Shown: positions 23,901 to 35,200 of the stretch, piece by piece
How the letters are laid out: the number at the start of each line of letters is the position of its first letter
How positions within the stretch are numbered: position 1 is the first letter of the stretch
Assembly: GCA_040954595.2 (NCBI GenBank)
Contig: CM082594.2
Location: forward strand, 2,250,247 to 2,314,246
DNA: 64,000 nucleotides
From: Balanoglossus misakiensis
Taxonomy: Eukaryota > Animalia > Hemichordata
Direction of reading: 5' to 3'
Program-made: the position numbers and the translations under genes
The notes under the pieces: generated by a model
What the model was told of the DNA's origin: nothing
Databases searched by the model: none
Seen by the model: the letters and a program-made list of their open reading frames with translations, nothing else

Positions 23901-26900
23901 ATGAATATAGTTCAAGGAATCAGAACAAGAACTGACGATGTTTACCAGCCCACATTTATTACATCTCACACTGTATTCCGTACTCTCGATTGGCTGAGAC
24001 CATACCACGTGACGTAGAAAAAAACGTGATATTAATAATAATAATTAAAGCTTTTATTTGCGTTTCCTGGCCTCCGGTCCATATGCAAAGGAGGTATAAA
24101 TAAAGTACATGCAATGCTACAGAGTGTGAACATAGATGATAGACTGTCTGAAGGATTCCATAAGTGATCACGTGATTGACAACAAGGAAACACAGAACAG
24201 ATTACATTACTGAGTGTGTACATACATGGTGGCTTTTTCTTGAAGTTTGAAAGCTCTATATACAAAATTGCAGAGACTTAGTTGGTCATCTGAGCAAGAT
24301 GACCGCATAAAACTGATAAATTTGTAGAAAGTTGGTTCTAAGAATAATTCTACTGGCAAATGTCGAAGTCTTAAATTATTGTATAACGGACAAATTACAA
24401 GAAAGTGGTATTCGTCTTCTACACTATTTGTCACTGTGTTACAAACTTTGCAGAATCTAGTCGCTGGGGGAATGTTGTTTCTCCTGCCTTCCTCTATTGC
24501 CAGAGGGAGGAGTACTGAACAACAAAAATACGTATACATACGGATGGCTTGGTGATTACAGCGGAGGTAAAGATATTTTTCAGGCTCTAGTGAACTTTTG
24601 AATTGAATGTACGTACGGACTTTGGGTTTGAGGGCAAGCTTTTCATACCAACGTTGTTTGTACACATCTTTGACTCTACTTTCAAAAACATGAAGAAAAT
24701 ACTGCTTATTGCCCACTTCCTGGGAAAGCCAAGCAAACCCAAAGCCAAATGAAAATAAAATATCCTTAACAGAGGTGGCCCACGTATTCCTTCGCATGTT
24801 GTCTAGATTACACAGCATCAGGTATGCCTGTCTTGGAATTCTGTGAGGAGGCATTTCGAGGAGTTATAACCAGAAAGCGATAACAACATATTACATGGTT
24901 GACAGAGTCTATGGCCCGTATATGTAGATAGGGGCTACGGGCCGGGGAAACGCGTGCGGTAAGAGAATATTGCCGGCTGAGAACAGGTTTTAGGTTCTGC
25001 GCATCTTTTCGGCGCATAACAAACTGTCGTTCAATGGCTTCCTTCACGATCAGTCAACTCCCGCATATATGGCTTCAAAGTGACACACAGACTTAATACC
25101 TGTTCAACTGGACGATATTTTACCGCAAACGGATAGTAAATACACCAAAATCGCAACCAACAGCGCAGTATCCTCAAAATTATCTGAGTTCGAAGTAGGT
25201 ATAGTTCTCGGGAGATCGAGACATTTTACATTCTCAGCAACGTACAACATATGGACGCAAAGCTACGTTCTTCTATTCTACAGTGTATGTACGTTCAAAT
25301 GTTCGGCGTAAGAAAATTAATATCACATGATGCTCGGGCAATATCACGATTTGAAGCCTGCCCTCGTGCTGGTGATCTCTGACCACAATATTGATGATAC
25401 CCTCGCTTGCGGCTCGGGCATCATCAATATAATGGTCAGAGATCACCATCCCTCGTGCAGGCCAAAGATCATGATATTGCCCTCGCTAACATGTGTTATT
25501 ATTTTAAAATATCACAATAGTTGATATATTGTCATACAGTCATATGATTAAAATGGAAAGACAGCAACCGAGAGAGTAATAAGTCTAAAAACATTCAGGT
25601 GCTTACCAAATTTCTCTATCAACTTTGGGAAATATCTTTGTAATGCTCCGTTCTCCTTTCCAGTGAAGACCATGCAGATAACATAAACTTCAGAATTGCC
25701 TGCCTTACTGGTCGCTGGTTTGAATACATGGACCTGTAATTCAAAATAAATGAAGTAGATAACTTCTTGGCAATTTACACACACTATATGAACAGATTAT
25801 CCTATGAACTGGCCCATATTCCTGCCTGTATGACATACTTACATGTAGACCAGGAGAGATCATAAATCAGGTCCTGGAATTCATAGTACAGAAATGAAAT
25901 AAAAATGTGAAAGTTCCATGACAATATCGCTAGGTAAAATTAAGAAAGGTGTGTAATTTGGAAAGAAGGCACAGCAAAAATCACAGATTTTATTGTTGCT
26001 GCAGGCGCAAGTCCGGTCCTGTGCTAGGTCAGCGTGTGACGACTGAACCTCTATATTCCACTGGTCATTGAAATGTATAAGGCAGGAAATTGTGAGAAAA
26101 TCAATAACATTTGTCTGAGATTCTGTCACCATGATTGATTGTATTTCTGCAGAAACACTGATCCACTAGGCTACCTTAACCTCGCCATCACCACAAACAA
26201 ACGCAACATCCAATATTGTTCCCCAGACTTATAAATCTTGTCACATTAATGATTTGGGGACATACTGCACTGGAACGGTGATTTTTTGTCATAAAGTACG
26301 AAGTTTCCTAATAAAATTGCAATTGCCGGAATGAATCGCGGGAGAACTCATCTAAGTGACTTGCTAGGTCTACTTTGACGGAAAAAAAAACATTGTTTTT
26401 TCATTTATCTACTGAAAATTGAAATCTGACATTTCTGGTAGCAAAAAACATTTACTAGTAATTTATTTGAATCAACAGAATTTACCTGCCCAGCCCAATT
26501 TTTACTGGCCCTGGGCTGCTTTATACATGTATTTCGAGACCTAATAACCAGAAGTTGCTAAAAATATTGTATTTGTACAGATATATAAACACGATTGGAA
26601 CTATTTTGGGATAATTGCATGGTAATAAACTCTGTAAAACTCTCAGCACAGTACATGTAGCCTACACACTCGACATTCTTATCATTTTGTTTTGTTTTGT
26701 TTGTTTTTGTCAAACAATGACAGAAATACCACATTTCCCCCAAGTACAATGAATACTTATCATTTTGTTTGCATTTTATCAGTATGCAATCATCCCAAAA
26801 TAGTTCCAATCGTGAAAGGGAAGATGTTCGCATCTACAATTTGTTTTCAATAAACATTAATTGATGAACAAACTCTGTATTTGTTTTTTATGTGTTAACC

Positions 26901-29900
26901 AGTTTCTCATTAGGGACTTGCTAACTACTTAAGTTGATTATAAAGTAAATATTGATGGACCAGAATTGGATATAACAGAGGAAAGGGGTTAAATAGCTCC
27001 AGGTGTTCAATTTGATGTGAACAAAAGTTACCAATAGTGGGGTTTTAACCCTTTCACTTCCAGTTCCCTCTGTGGAGCCTTTATAACCTTACAATAACAA
27101 ACAATGGGTTAAGACTGAACTGTGGTGGTGAAAGGGTTAAAAAATCATATTGTAAAATTAGACTCGCCTTTTCAAAAACACAATTCAAGAGATACAGCAG
27201 ACAGACAGAGCTATGCTCAAATAAAGTGAACATCTTGAGAACAAATGTTCCACCACGACTGAGACACTGTAATGCTGTAATAACTTCACAGAAATGTAAA
27301 TGTGAAACCAAGGCTTCTTGTTCAGCTGGATCACTTTGACAATCGATGCTACCATCAGCTGTGATCTGTAAGAAGGAAATGAAATCAGTTTCAACCATTC
27401 TGTTAAACAACACTGCAAAAATGGAATGAGCAAGTGTACAGGTAGGCCTATTGAACACCTATTGCCTGGCCATGAGGACAATATCAGCCGTTTATTACCC
27501 CCGAGGGGCTGTGAGTTACCAGAGCATATGATTCTGGTAACTCACAGTCACGAAGGGGTAAAAACAGCTGCTATGGCCAGAATATATGCCAAACCAATTG
27601 AAACCATAGGTGTTTTATAATAAACCTCATGCTAACAGTTTATGTTTGCAATATTGAACAAGTTTAACATAAACACCTTTCTCTGTGAACTCATGTTGGT
27701 CACGTGACCAGTTTATATTTTTTCTGCTATTTCCCTAGGGATTCATAGACGATTCTATTTTCCTATCACGTGACAGATTCTGGTTAATCACGACACAGTA
27801 TTAGCATGAGGTATACAGGGGTCACGTTAACGCATATTTCTTGCGTTTTCACGCAAAACTACAATGTGTGCGCGCAAATATTTTGTCACAGTTGCATGAC
27901 ATGCGCGCAAAAAAAAATCCATTGAAAGATAACAGAGCGGGCAAGGCTATCTTGGGCGCCTTGTCAAGGTTGGTCGGTCGGGCGCCCTGTACACATGTAC
28001 GCGTACGCGCGCTTGTATGCTGTAGCAGGAAGCACAGTGATGTACGTGCGGTAACCTACTCCTAGGCCACAAACTTGACATGTGTCGGGGCTATAATTTA
28101 TGCACGCAGAAGCCATTTATAGGGAGCCGTCATTATTTATGGCCTGGGGGGGGGGGGGGGTTCGGAGGAATCAAGGGGGGGGGGGTTTCTCAAAAATTGG
28201 AAGGCTGCAGGGGGGGGGGGTTTCTCAAAAATTGTAGATGAAGAGGGGGGGGTCACTCATTTTTGGGAAATGTATCAAAGTTTTTCAACTGAAAGATTTA
28301 GTTGTGTGCTGTGCAAGTGCTGCAGCGCTCCGCGACCTCTGGTCGCAGAACACCAGAGTGTCCACACTGCACTATCAAAGTATTTTTCCCAACTGGACAA
28401 ATACTGGACAAATACATAGAACATCACCACCTGAGCAAGAGAGGAAAGAAAGAAGACAAAATAAGAGCAATAATGGCAGATTGCCTTAGGAAGTCACACG
28501 TGGATTCTTCAAAACTGCAGCTGCAGGCAGATTTTCTTTCCAGTAATGATGAAACAGACAGTGATGATGAAAACGATATTGTTTTGAATGAAATGAACAG
28601 CACCAGTGAAAGTGAAAGTGAAGATGACAGCTAGTGGTGACGATATAGTACCTGTACAGTCATTTCCAACAGTTGTTACAAGAGGGGGAAGGACAGCCGG
28701 ATCATGGCGGAATGCTCCCAGCAGATACCTATATTAGCACATAGAACTAAACTACCTGAACTGTTGTTAATTCACAGAAATATATTTTCACCAACAAAGT
28801 TTGATAATCATTTTGACTTTTAACGATGCCTGTCCAAATTAAACAATGCTACTTGATGGTTACTGGTTATGGGTGAGCTTTTACGGTAATCATTATTTAG
28901 TTGTGACTTTGAGATTGTTTTGTTGTTTCACCCTTTTCAATCCATCATGATGCAACTGATGATCACCTACAATGTAGCAGGGTGAACCTGGAGTTGAAAG
29001 GTCTTTTACTACACTACCGTTAAAGTCATTTTATAAGACACACCTTTTTTGAGTGACAGTGTGTGCCGAAAAGGGGGTGCGACTTATAATACCAATGTTC
29101 TGTTGTATTCATTTCCTTAAAATCTCCTCCCAAACAAGTCTTTCAAAGAAGGGGTGCGACTTATAATACCGCTGCGACTTATAAAATGACTTTAACGGTA
29201 CTGTAATAGTGATTTATACAGATACATGTATTGATATGTAGTTGTTCCGGTTTTAGGGGGGGGGGGGGGCCAGTCGAAATTTCTCTGTTGGAAGGGGGGG
29301 GGGGTTCTCAAAATCTGCATGCTTGGCAGGGGGGGGGGGGTTTCTCAAAATTTTGGAGTTTCTAGTGTAATTCCTCCGACCCCCCCCCCCCCCCCCAGGT
29401 ATGACACCCAGTAGCATTAGGGTCAAAACACACACACACATACCGATACGCACCAACTTTTCCAATAAGCTCCCATTAATACTGCACATACATGTACATT
29501 ATACTAAATAGGAGCTGCAAACCTACCAAATGCATATCCGCAAATCTGCCGTCACTGACAAGTTCCTTCATCACATTGACATCAGTCACATCACCAGTAT
29601 TATCCCTTCCAAAATACCAATGGTCCAATGTTTCCCTAATAAACCTATCATCTGGTATCATATCGCTCAAGTCATTGCCTTCGTAATATGGATTCAGTGT
29701 ACTTGCATGCCACCTCCATTCAATGTCCACATTGTTTGTCTTCAAGTAGTGATTCAAACTTGCAATAAAGGCACCTGGAGCCTCGCACAGATGTAGTGTA
29801 TGTAACAATCCACCTTCCAGTGCTTCCTTTGGTAAGACCGCATGTGTACAAAGGATTTCATAAAACTTGCACCATGCCTGCGTGCACAGTTCTGGTTTCA

Positions 29901-30246
29901 ACTGTGCTCTGATGTGAGCCACTATTCGACCTGCTTTGTTGGTGAACATTGTATGTTCGTGCCATTTTTCAATGTCTTTATCACTCAGAAGTGATTTGGT
30001 GGCGTTCAGTTCCATTTTGAGTTCAGCCAATGTCTCGTTTTGCTGCACGCATTCATTGCTGAGTACTAGAACTTTCTGCAAGTCAGGTAGAGTCCATACT
30101 TGTGTATCCTCAACTGGTTTCTCAAACGTAAATGTCTTGGTAAACATTTTCATTGCTTCTTCTTCCACATTCTGACTGTATTCATCTTTCCTATACCAAT
30201 ATTGCTCACACCCAGTCTTCTTTGCACGCTTCTTTTTACGCCCCAT
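5947..30246 (-). CDS. CMTR2: Cap-specific mRNA (nucleoside-2'-O-)-methyltransferase 2, spliced, 3'-partial (730 codons in window)
   Basis: Coding exons (minus): 30246-29527, 27365-27168, 25733-25607, 20772-20513, 12218-12063, 10015-9878, 8940-8827, 8070-7916, 7424-7292, 6550-6446, 6030-5947; all splice phases are compatible. Motifs [42 protein letters not shown] and [20 protein letters not shown] form the K-D-K-E FtsJ-type MTase. The later exons match the degenerate C-terminal domain ([16 protein letters not shown]) and are less certain. No terminal exon was found in the window. Confidence 0.92.
9080..9470. mobile_element. Non-autonomous element with long terminal hairpin (loop ctcgcctgcggctcg); related fragment at 35320-35420
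   Basis: Arms ...cccacactcg/cgtgtggga... around 9382-9410 and gacctggga/tcccaggtc; a similar sequence occurs inverted at 35330-35420. Confidence 0.5.
10098..10560 (+). mobile_element. Degraded 5' part of the same HINE-like family
   Basis: Starts tttacgggaccaag and contains ctgatgtctatcaagcttg...ggccatattggattttt, shared with the 1-3953 array. Confidence 0.55.
12262..12536 (+). mobile_element. 3' fragment of an L2/CR1-group LINE
   Basis: Translates to [38 protein letters not shown], a typical ORF2 C-terminus, followed by an (ATTG)n tail at ~12520-12536. Confidence 0.85.
13302..15316 (+). mobile_element. Full-length non-autonomous Helentron/HINE-like element
   Basis: 5' hairpin AGGGGACCAAG-tgccctcaggcg-CTTGGTCCCCT (13302-13335) after a T run. 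3' subterminal inverted copy CTTGGGCCCCT (15283) plus GCTGCttGCAGC hairpin and tttaat. No TSD. Confidence 0.7.
17020..17056 (+). promoter_or_regulatory. TATA box and Inr-like start of the apple-domain gene
   Basis: gcaTATAAAgcag at 17020-17025, a ctacagtt Inr-like element ~30 bp downstream, and ATG at 17105. Confidence 0.65.
17105..18547 (+). CDS. Small secreted PAN/apple-domain protein, 104 aa, 4 exons, nested antisense in CMTR2 intron 4
   Basis: Exons 17105-17155, 17669-17696, 18125-18352 and 18540-18547, all GT-AG with matching phases. Product [104 protein letters not shown] has a signal peptide and the C..GND..CCxxC..CxxW..CxLK PAN pattern. AATAAA at 18681. Confidence 0.85.
19980..20355 (+). 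mobile_element. 3' portion of HINE-like element closing the 7-kb insertion
   Basis: Highly similar to 3520-3820 of the array; ends cttgggccccttcaatgctgcttgcagctttaatt, as at 15283-15316. Confidence 0.8.
21769..22282. mobile_element. Kolobok-type MITE
   Basis: TTAA-aggcacgtaagctg ... cagcttacgtgcct-TTAA. Confidence 0.8.
24032..24870 (-). mobile_element. 5'-truncated non-LTR retrotransposon, ORF2 C-terminus
   Basis: ORF 24207-24854 contains LAIEEGR...RFCKVC...[17 protein letters not shown], a C-terminal Zn-knuckle of LINE ORF2; (TTA)n tail at ~24032-24048. Confidence 0.85.
24886..25503. mobile_element. Dispersed ~600-bp non-autonomous element with ~180-bp terminal hairpin; inverted copy at 37833-38424
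   Basis: The two copies produce near-identical spurious ORFs (24808/38271 and 25327/37753); the hairpin is centred on ccctcgcttgcggctcggg. Confidence 0.8.
27449..27816. mobile_element. Dispersed ~350-bp element; inverted copy at 37474-37815
   Basis: ttgaacacctattgcctggccatgagg...tattagcatgaggtata recurs reverse-complemented in ERO1 intron 5; internal hairpin ctgtgagttaccag/ctggtaactcacag. Confidence 0.75.
28119..29400. mobile_element. TIR element with poly-G/poly-C termini and G-run+tttctcaaaa subterminal repeats, containing a TA-flanked MITE at ~29015-29200
   Basis: cctg(G)nttcggaggaat ... attcctccga(C)nagg; the inner MITE is taccgttaaagtcattttataag...cttataaaatgactttaacggta. Confidence 0.6.
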
Positions 30247-31419
30247 TTTGTGGTCGAAGCGATACACTAATACCTATAATGAAGACAACAAAATTTGCAA
30301 TAAGCACCATGTTGTATAAAAGATTGTCACATGGGACACATACATTGTGTAATGAACTCAGTACTGTTTTCCCTTATCAAACTGCAGATCTGAAGAGAGC
30401 TCCTGCAGATCTGATTCAGAGCTGCATCAGCTGTCTGCTATATGCAGGAGATATTGTCATTATATCTCAAAATCAAGTCAGGGGCTTCTAAATTGTCTCG
30501 ACAAATTGTAAATGAAGATTAACAGTTAACACTATGGGACTTGTCAGTTTCTTCAGCCTGGAGGGGATTCTATTTTGTGGATATCAAAAAGTGACTGACC
30601 CCCACCCCCTCATTGAAAATTGAAAAGTGGGTGACCTCCCCCTCATGTCAACTTTCAAAAACAAACATGTACACGTAGTGTCCCCTTCCCAGTGATTTGT
30701 GTTTGTTTGTGCACGTGTATACTGTATGTGTATGTATAATTTATATCAGATATATATATACATGTGTACATCAGTTTGAATGTAATTCATGATATCACCT
30801 GCAAAATTCTTTCTTTACAAGTTATAAACTAATTTTATCCTCTGAAACTATACTAATAAAGGAGGGTGTCCCCCTCTCACGTTAGAAAATTTTGCAGAGC
30901 TAATCTGATTAATGAACTCAAAAGCAAATCCACTCAACATCGCTAGGCCCAACATGATCGGTAGGCCCTACCGATGTTGAGTTGATTAGGGGGAGGCAAT
31001 TACCCTGCTCTGGACTGCCTGGTACACTGGACAAACCAGCCAATACATCATCATGAAAGGTGTCTAAGAAATTAAATGAAGAGGTGCCGTGGGTGTGCAT
31101 GGGAGGGGGAGAAAATGTTCAATTGTAATAAAGCACGGTCACCGTGAATAAAGAGCTCGAAACTGTATTTTTGTGGACTCAAAAGCAATTTTTGTCCCTC
31201 ATTTAGCATTCCCAAAACAAGGTGCACCCCCCATCACCCAACTCCAACACAGACTGACCCCCCCCCCCCCATAATCCACCACCACCCCCCCCCCCCCCCC
31301 AGGCAGAAGAAACTGACCAGTCACTAACAAATCAAATGTTACGATACCCCCCCCCCCCCCGGTCAATGTCCCCAATTAGGCAGTGACTGTGATAGAATCG
31401 GGACTATTGATAAATGGAA

Positions 31420-31636
31420 CAACCTACCTACGGATACAATCGTAGACAATCCCAAAATGGCCTGGCGAGTAATAGTACACACTGTTCCTAAATAACCACA
31501 TTATACCCATCCCCGTTATTCACCACACACGTCCATTGACGCGACACTGGCTTTATCTTTTCCCAGAATGCTTTATGGACAACAAGTTAGCGTTGGATTC
31601 AGAATCTTGCAACCGAGCAGGGGGGTGATGGGTGGA

Positions 31637-31676
<40 letters not shown>

Positions 31677-32259
31677 CGATGGTCGAGGTCGTCTGCTGAT
31701 ATTAAGAGTATCGGCCAGACTAGTCCTCAGATACTAGTAGGATAAAGACAATATCCGCGCTAGTCTCTGTGTGGAGAATGTTAAGCTGTTGCTTCCAGAC
31801 CCCCTGGAGATTCAATGGTCCATCCCTAAGCTAAAGAAGCATTCGAAGCAAGACTGATTCTGATGCTACCTTCTTAGCTTGTGGTCAACATCCTGTTTAC
31901 AATTGTACAATGGTGTTGTGTATGTTGTAATGTCCTCAGAGCCTTGTGTCATCGTCCATAGCCGCGTAAAGGACACGTCACATTCACTGTTACCTGTGGA
32001 CTCAAGTGCACTGTTTCAACGACGACGATATGCGTTGTTGAACGCTGCGCGAGGAAATCATATCTGAACTTTTCTTGAGAAATCGCTGATTGTTTATGTT
32101 CCCTTCGTGGAAGTTCTGGCGATTCTGCTTGTTCCAGGACAGGAGTGTTGTCAGCTGCTCGACTACTGAAACCAACCTCTGTTATCACAACACAGTCGTT
32201 GATCGCGGATCGGGAGTAGAAAAATTGAACGCCTTCTGTCAGCTCAGCGTGCGCGTAAA
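31420..32259. promoter_or_regulatory. Putative bidirectional promoter of CMTR2 (minus) and ERO1 (plus)
   Basis: CpG-richer region. Candidate CMTR2 5'UTR exon donor tag|GTAGGT at ~31427 pairs with an acceptor at 30273. YY1-type CAAAATGGC at 31453, ZNF143/Staf-type TTCCCAGAATGC at 31560, XBP1/UPRE-type GACACGTCA at 31972. Confidence 0.6.
31638..31673. repeat. (CA)n microsatellite
   Basis: Uninterrupted CA run. Confidence 0.95.
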
Positions 32260-35200
32260 ATGCAGAACCTGGTTTTGGTCGTCACATTGACAGTGACACT
32301 GGTGTTGGTCGTTGTCTCTTCATCACCGAAGAATCAAACTGCTGATCGTTGTTTTTGCCAGGTAAGTGTTTTTATTTAATTACGTAATCATTAACGGTTT
32401 GTGTTTTATTTTCGCACCCCGCCATGGTCTTGTAAGCTGCAGTTTAGTAGCTCGAGGTTTTGTCTTGTTTGTGTCTTGGACAAAACACACAAACAAGGTA
32501 AAATCGAGCTACTGAACTGTAGCTACATTGCAAATGTATGGTCATATGCATTCTCCTGGGTGTGTAACTGCCCCGGCGGTAACATAAAATTTCAAGATAC
32601 CCCCCTAATTAGTAATTTGTGATTTTTCATCAAAAACACCCCCTTAATTGAGAAACATGGGAGAAAATAATATCAACAAACGCCCCCTTACGTGTCATTA
32701 CAAAATCCAGGAGCTATGCAAATGTATTATTTCTATAATAAGTGTCTGGTCAATGCTGTATTACATTGTATGTTATTGTTTTCACATAACCAGTGTCCCT
32801 GACATAACACATCAGAGTCTGAAACTGTTAACTTTGGAAAGGGGAGTATGAAACTCATGTAGAACATGTTAAAGGAGTGCTTACATTCTATGAGCCATAA
32901 AAAACAACAACTTTTCTGACACGTCTGAGTGTCTGATACATGTAGATATTTCTTGGGAAATTTCAAACCATTCTTTGGCCAGTTCTTTTAAAGTACCCCT
33001 TTTTCTCGATTTCGATCCATGATAGGGAATAAAAACCACCCCTTCCCTGTAATTTTGGGAACACGCCAATCTGATTAAAATCAGATGTATGGAATGGCGA
33101 CGTCTTTTACTTATGCACTGCAGTACAGTATTCTTATGTGAGGCGACAGCAAAGAAAACCGTACCGCTAACATTTGTTAGTAAAAGACGTTGCATTTCCC
33201 TACAACTGATTTTAATCAGATTGAAAACATGCATGGATACCCACTTCCCTTGGAGAGTGTCACCACTTGGGGTACATGTAACTGCAATGATTGTAGTGGG
33301 TGCTGCTCGTTTGATGACGATGTCTTCAACATTCGCTATTGTTGAGGTCCGTAGTCCTCCTACATGTACCACTCTCCCTGCTGTAGGTTAATTGTTGGGG
33401 TAGCAAACCTCCTCCCCCAACAGCCTACAGCAAAGGGAGTGGTAGGGCTTCAGACCCACAGCAACACCCGCTACAGTCATTGCAGCTAATGTACCTCCTG
33501 GATACATGTATGCGCAGTTAAGTAGCTTGAGGTTTTGCCTTGTGTTTTGCTGTCTAACACACAAACCAAGACAAAACTTCAAACTACTGAACTACAGCTA
33601 CATATTCGCGTGCCTTGTTTGAAATGGGCGGCTGTGGTAGAAATTACCCACATGTGCTTTGCGGCATGAGATCCCAGACCCACCCCCCCCCCCACCCCCA
33701 CCCCTTGAGATGAAAATAGGAGATTATGAGTTGAAAATACATGTACTATTATAGGAGTCTGAATTTCAGTTTTAATTACACTCCATACTTCCATACCGAA
33801 TATGATGTAGGACTTGATGTTTTGCCATACAAACTTTCATTATATATATATTGATGGGTACATGTACTTTGATGAGCATGCATGGACCCTAATTGGGACA
33901 ATTGCCAGTATGGTGGTGGGGTACAGTATTTCCATTCCATTTAAATCCTGTTTTAAATCATCTGAATAAAGAAGTTTGAATATTATTATAAAAATGATAT
34001 TAATACATATTGATAGCATCAGTGTTCTAACTAAGGGGGGGGGGGATATGCCCCCCCCCCCTTCTCATTTGCCAGAAATATGGGGTGAGGGGGTCGACAA
34101 GGGGTACATGTAATGTAATAACTCTAACATGTGAGTAACATCGTTTTAAGGGGCCCTAGTCCTCATTTGACAAATTGCTACTGGGTGACAACATGTCAAC
34201 AAGGGGTAAACCCCCCTGGGCCCCATAGTACATTTAGATGAAACACTGTAGTATGGAAAATAAAATATTAGCAGTCCACTGATGCACAGGACTTCCATAC
34301 AAATTGTATTGTTGTGTTCTATTTATAACTTGAAATACACATGGTTTATATGACAATTTCGTTTGTTTACATAAAACTATTCCTAAATACATGAAAATAA
34401 ATTATGACATGTGCAAAGTCCATGTAGAACACAGGAATTGTGCAATTTTAGGGTTACATGTATACATGTCAATTACATCTACAGTTTTTGTACGTCATAA
34501 TTAGTTCTCTTATTTTAGTTTCATGTATTATAAGCTCACCAAGGGTGGTAATAAATTATGATAATTGATTAATTAAAGAAGGACACGTGTAAATGTGCTG
34601 TTGGAGCATGCTATTGTTTAGTATCTTTCATAAATATAGTTCTCAATATAGAAGTGACAAATATAGTAATTCTGTATTGTCTGCCTAGACTTTGTCATGT
34701 CACAGCTTGAGTGTATTTGCCTTTATTTTCTCCTACTTTGCAATGCATGTAGTGAAGTCAAATTATTGTACAGTCCAAATGTGAGTACTGTGTTAAATCA
34801 ATATATATTTTTTTTAATTTTAAAGATCATAAAAGAGTCATTTTTTTTCTTTATTGAGTACATGTACATACTGGCTGTGTCAGATGATAGAATTTGTTTC
34901 AATTTTCTGTTGACAGTTACATGGAGAAGTGGATGACTGTACTTGCCACATAGACACAGTGGATTATTTTAATAATGTGAAGATACAACCAATATTATCG
35001 GATCTATTAGCCAGAAATTATTTTCGATATTTTAAGGTCAGTAAATAATGTTTATAAACTATTACTTATAAATCCTATACCAGGGTTTAATAGTGGTAGG
35101 ATTTTTTTTATGTTTTAGCCGCACTTGCCTGGTGTGGCAAAAATGTTATTTTTTTCGCCACAGGCAACTTTTATTAGCCATGGTACATTGTATTTTTATT

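Noticed and set aside
28302-28634. 110-aa ORF with an acidic tail
   Set aside because: It lies inside a TIR element, has a non-ATG start and is low complexity; probably a transposon remnant.
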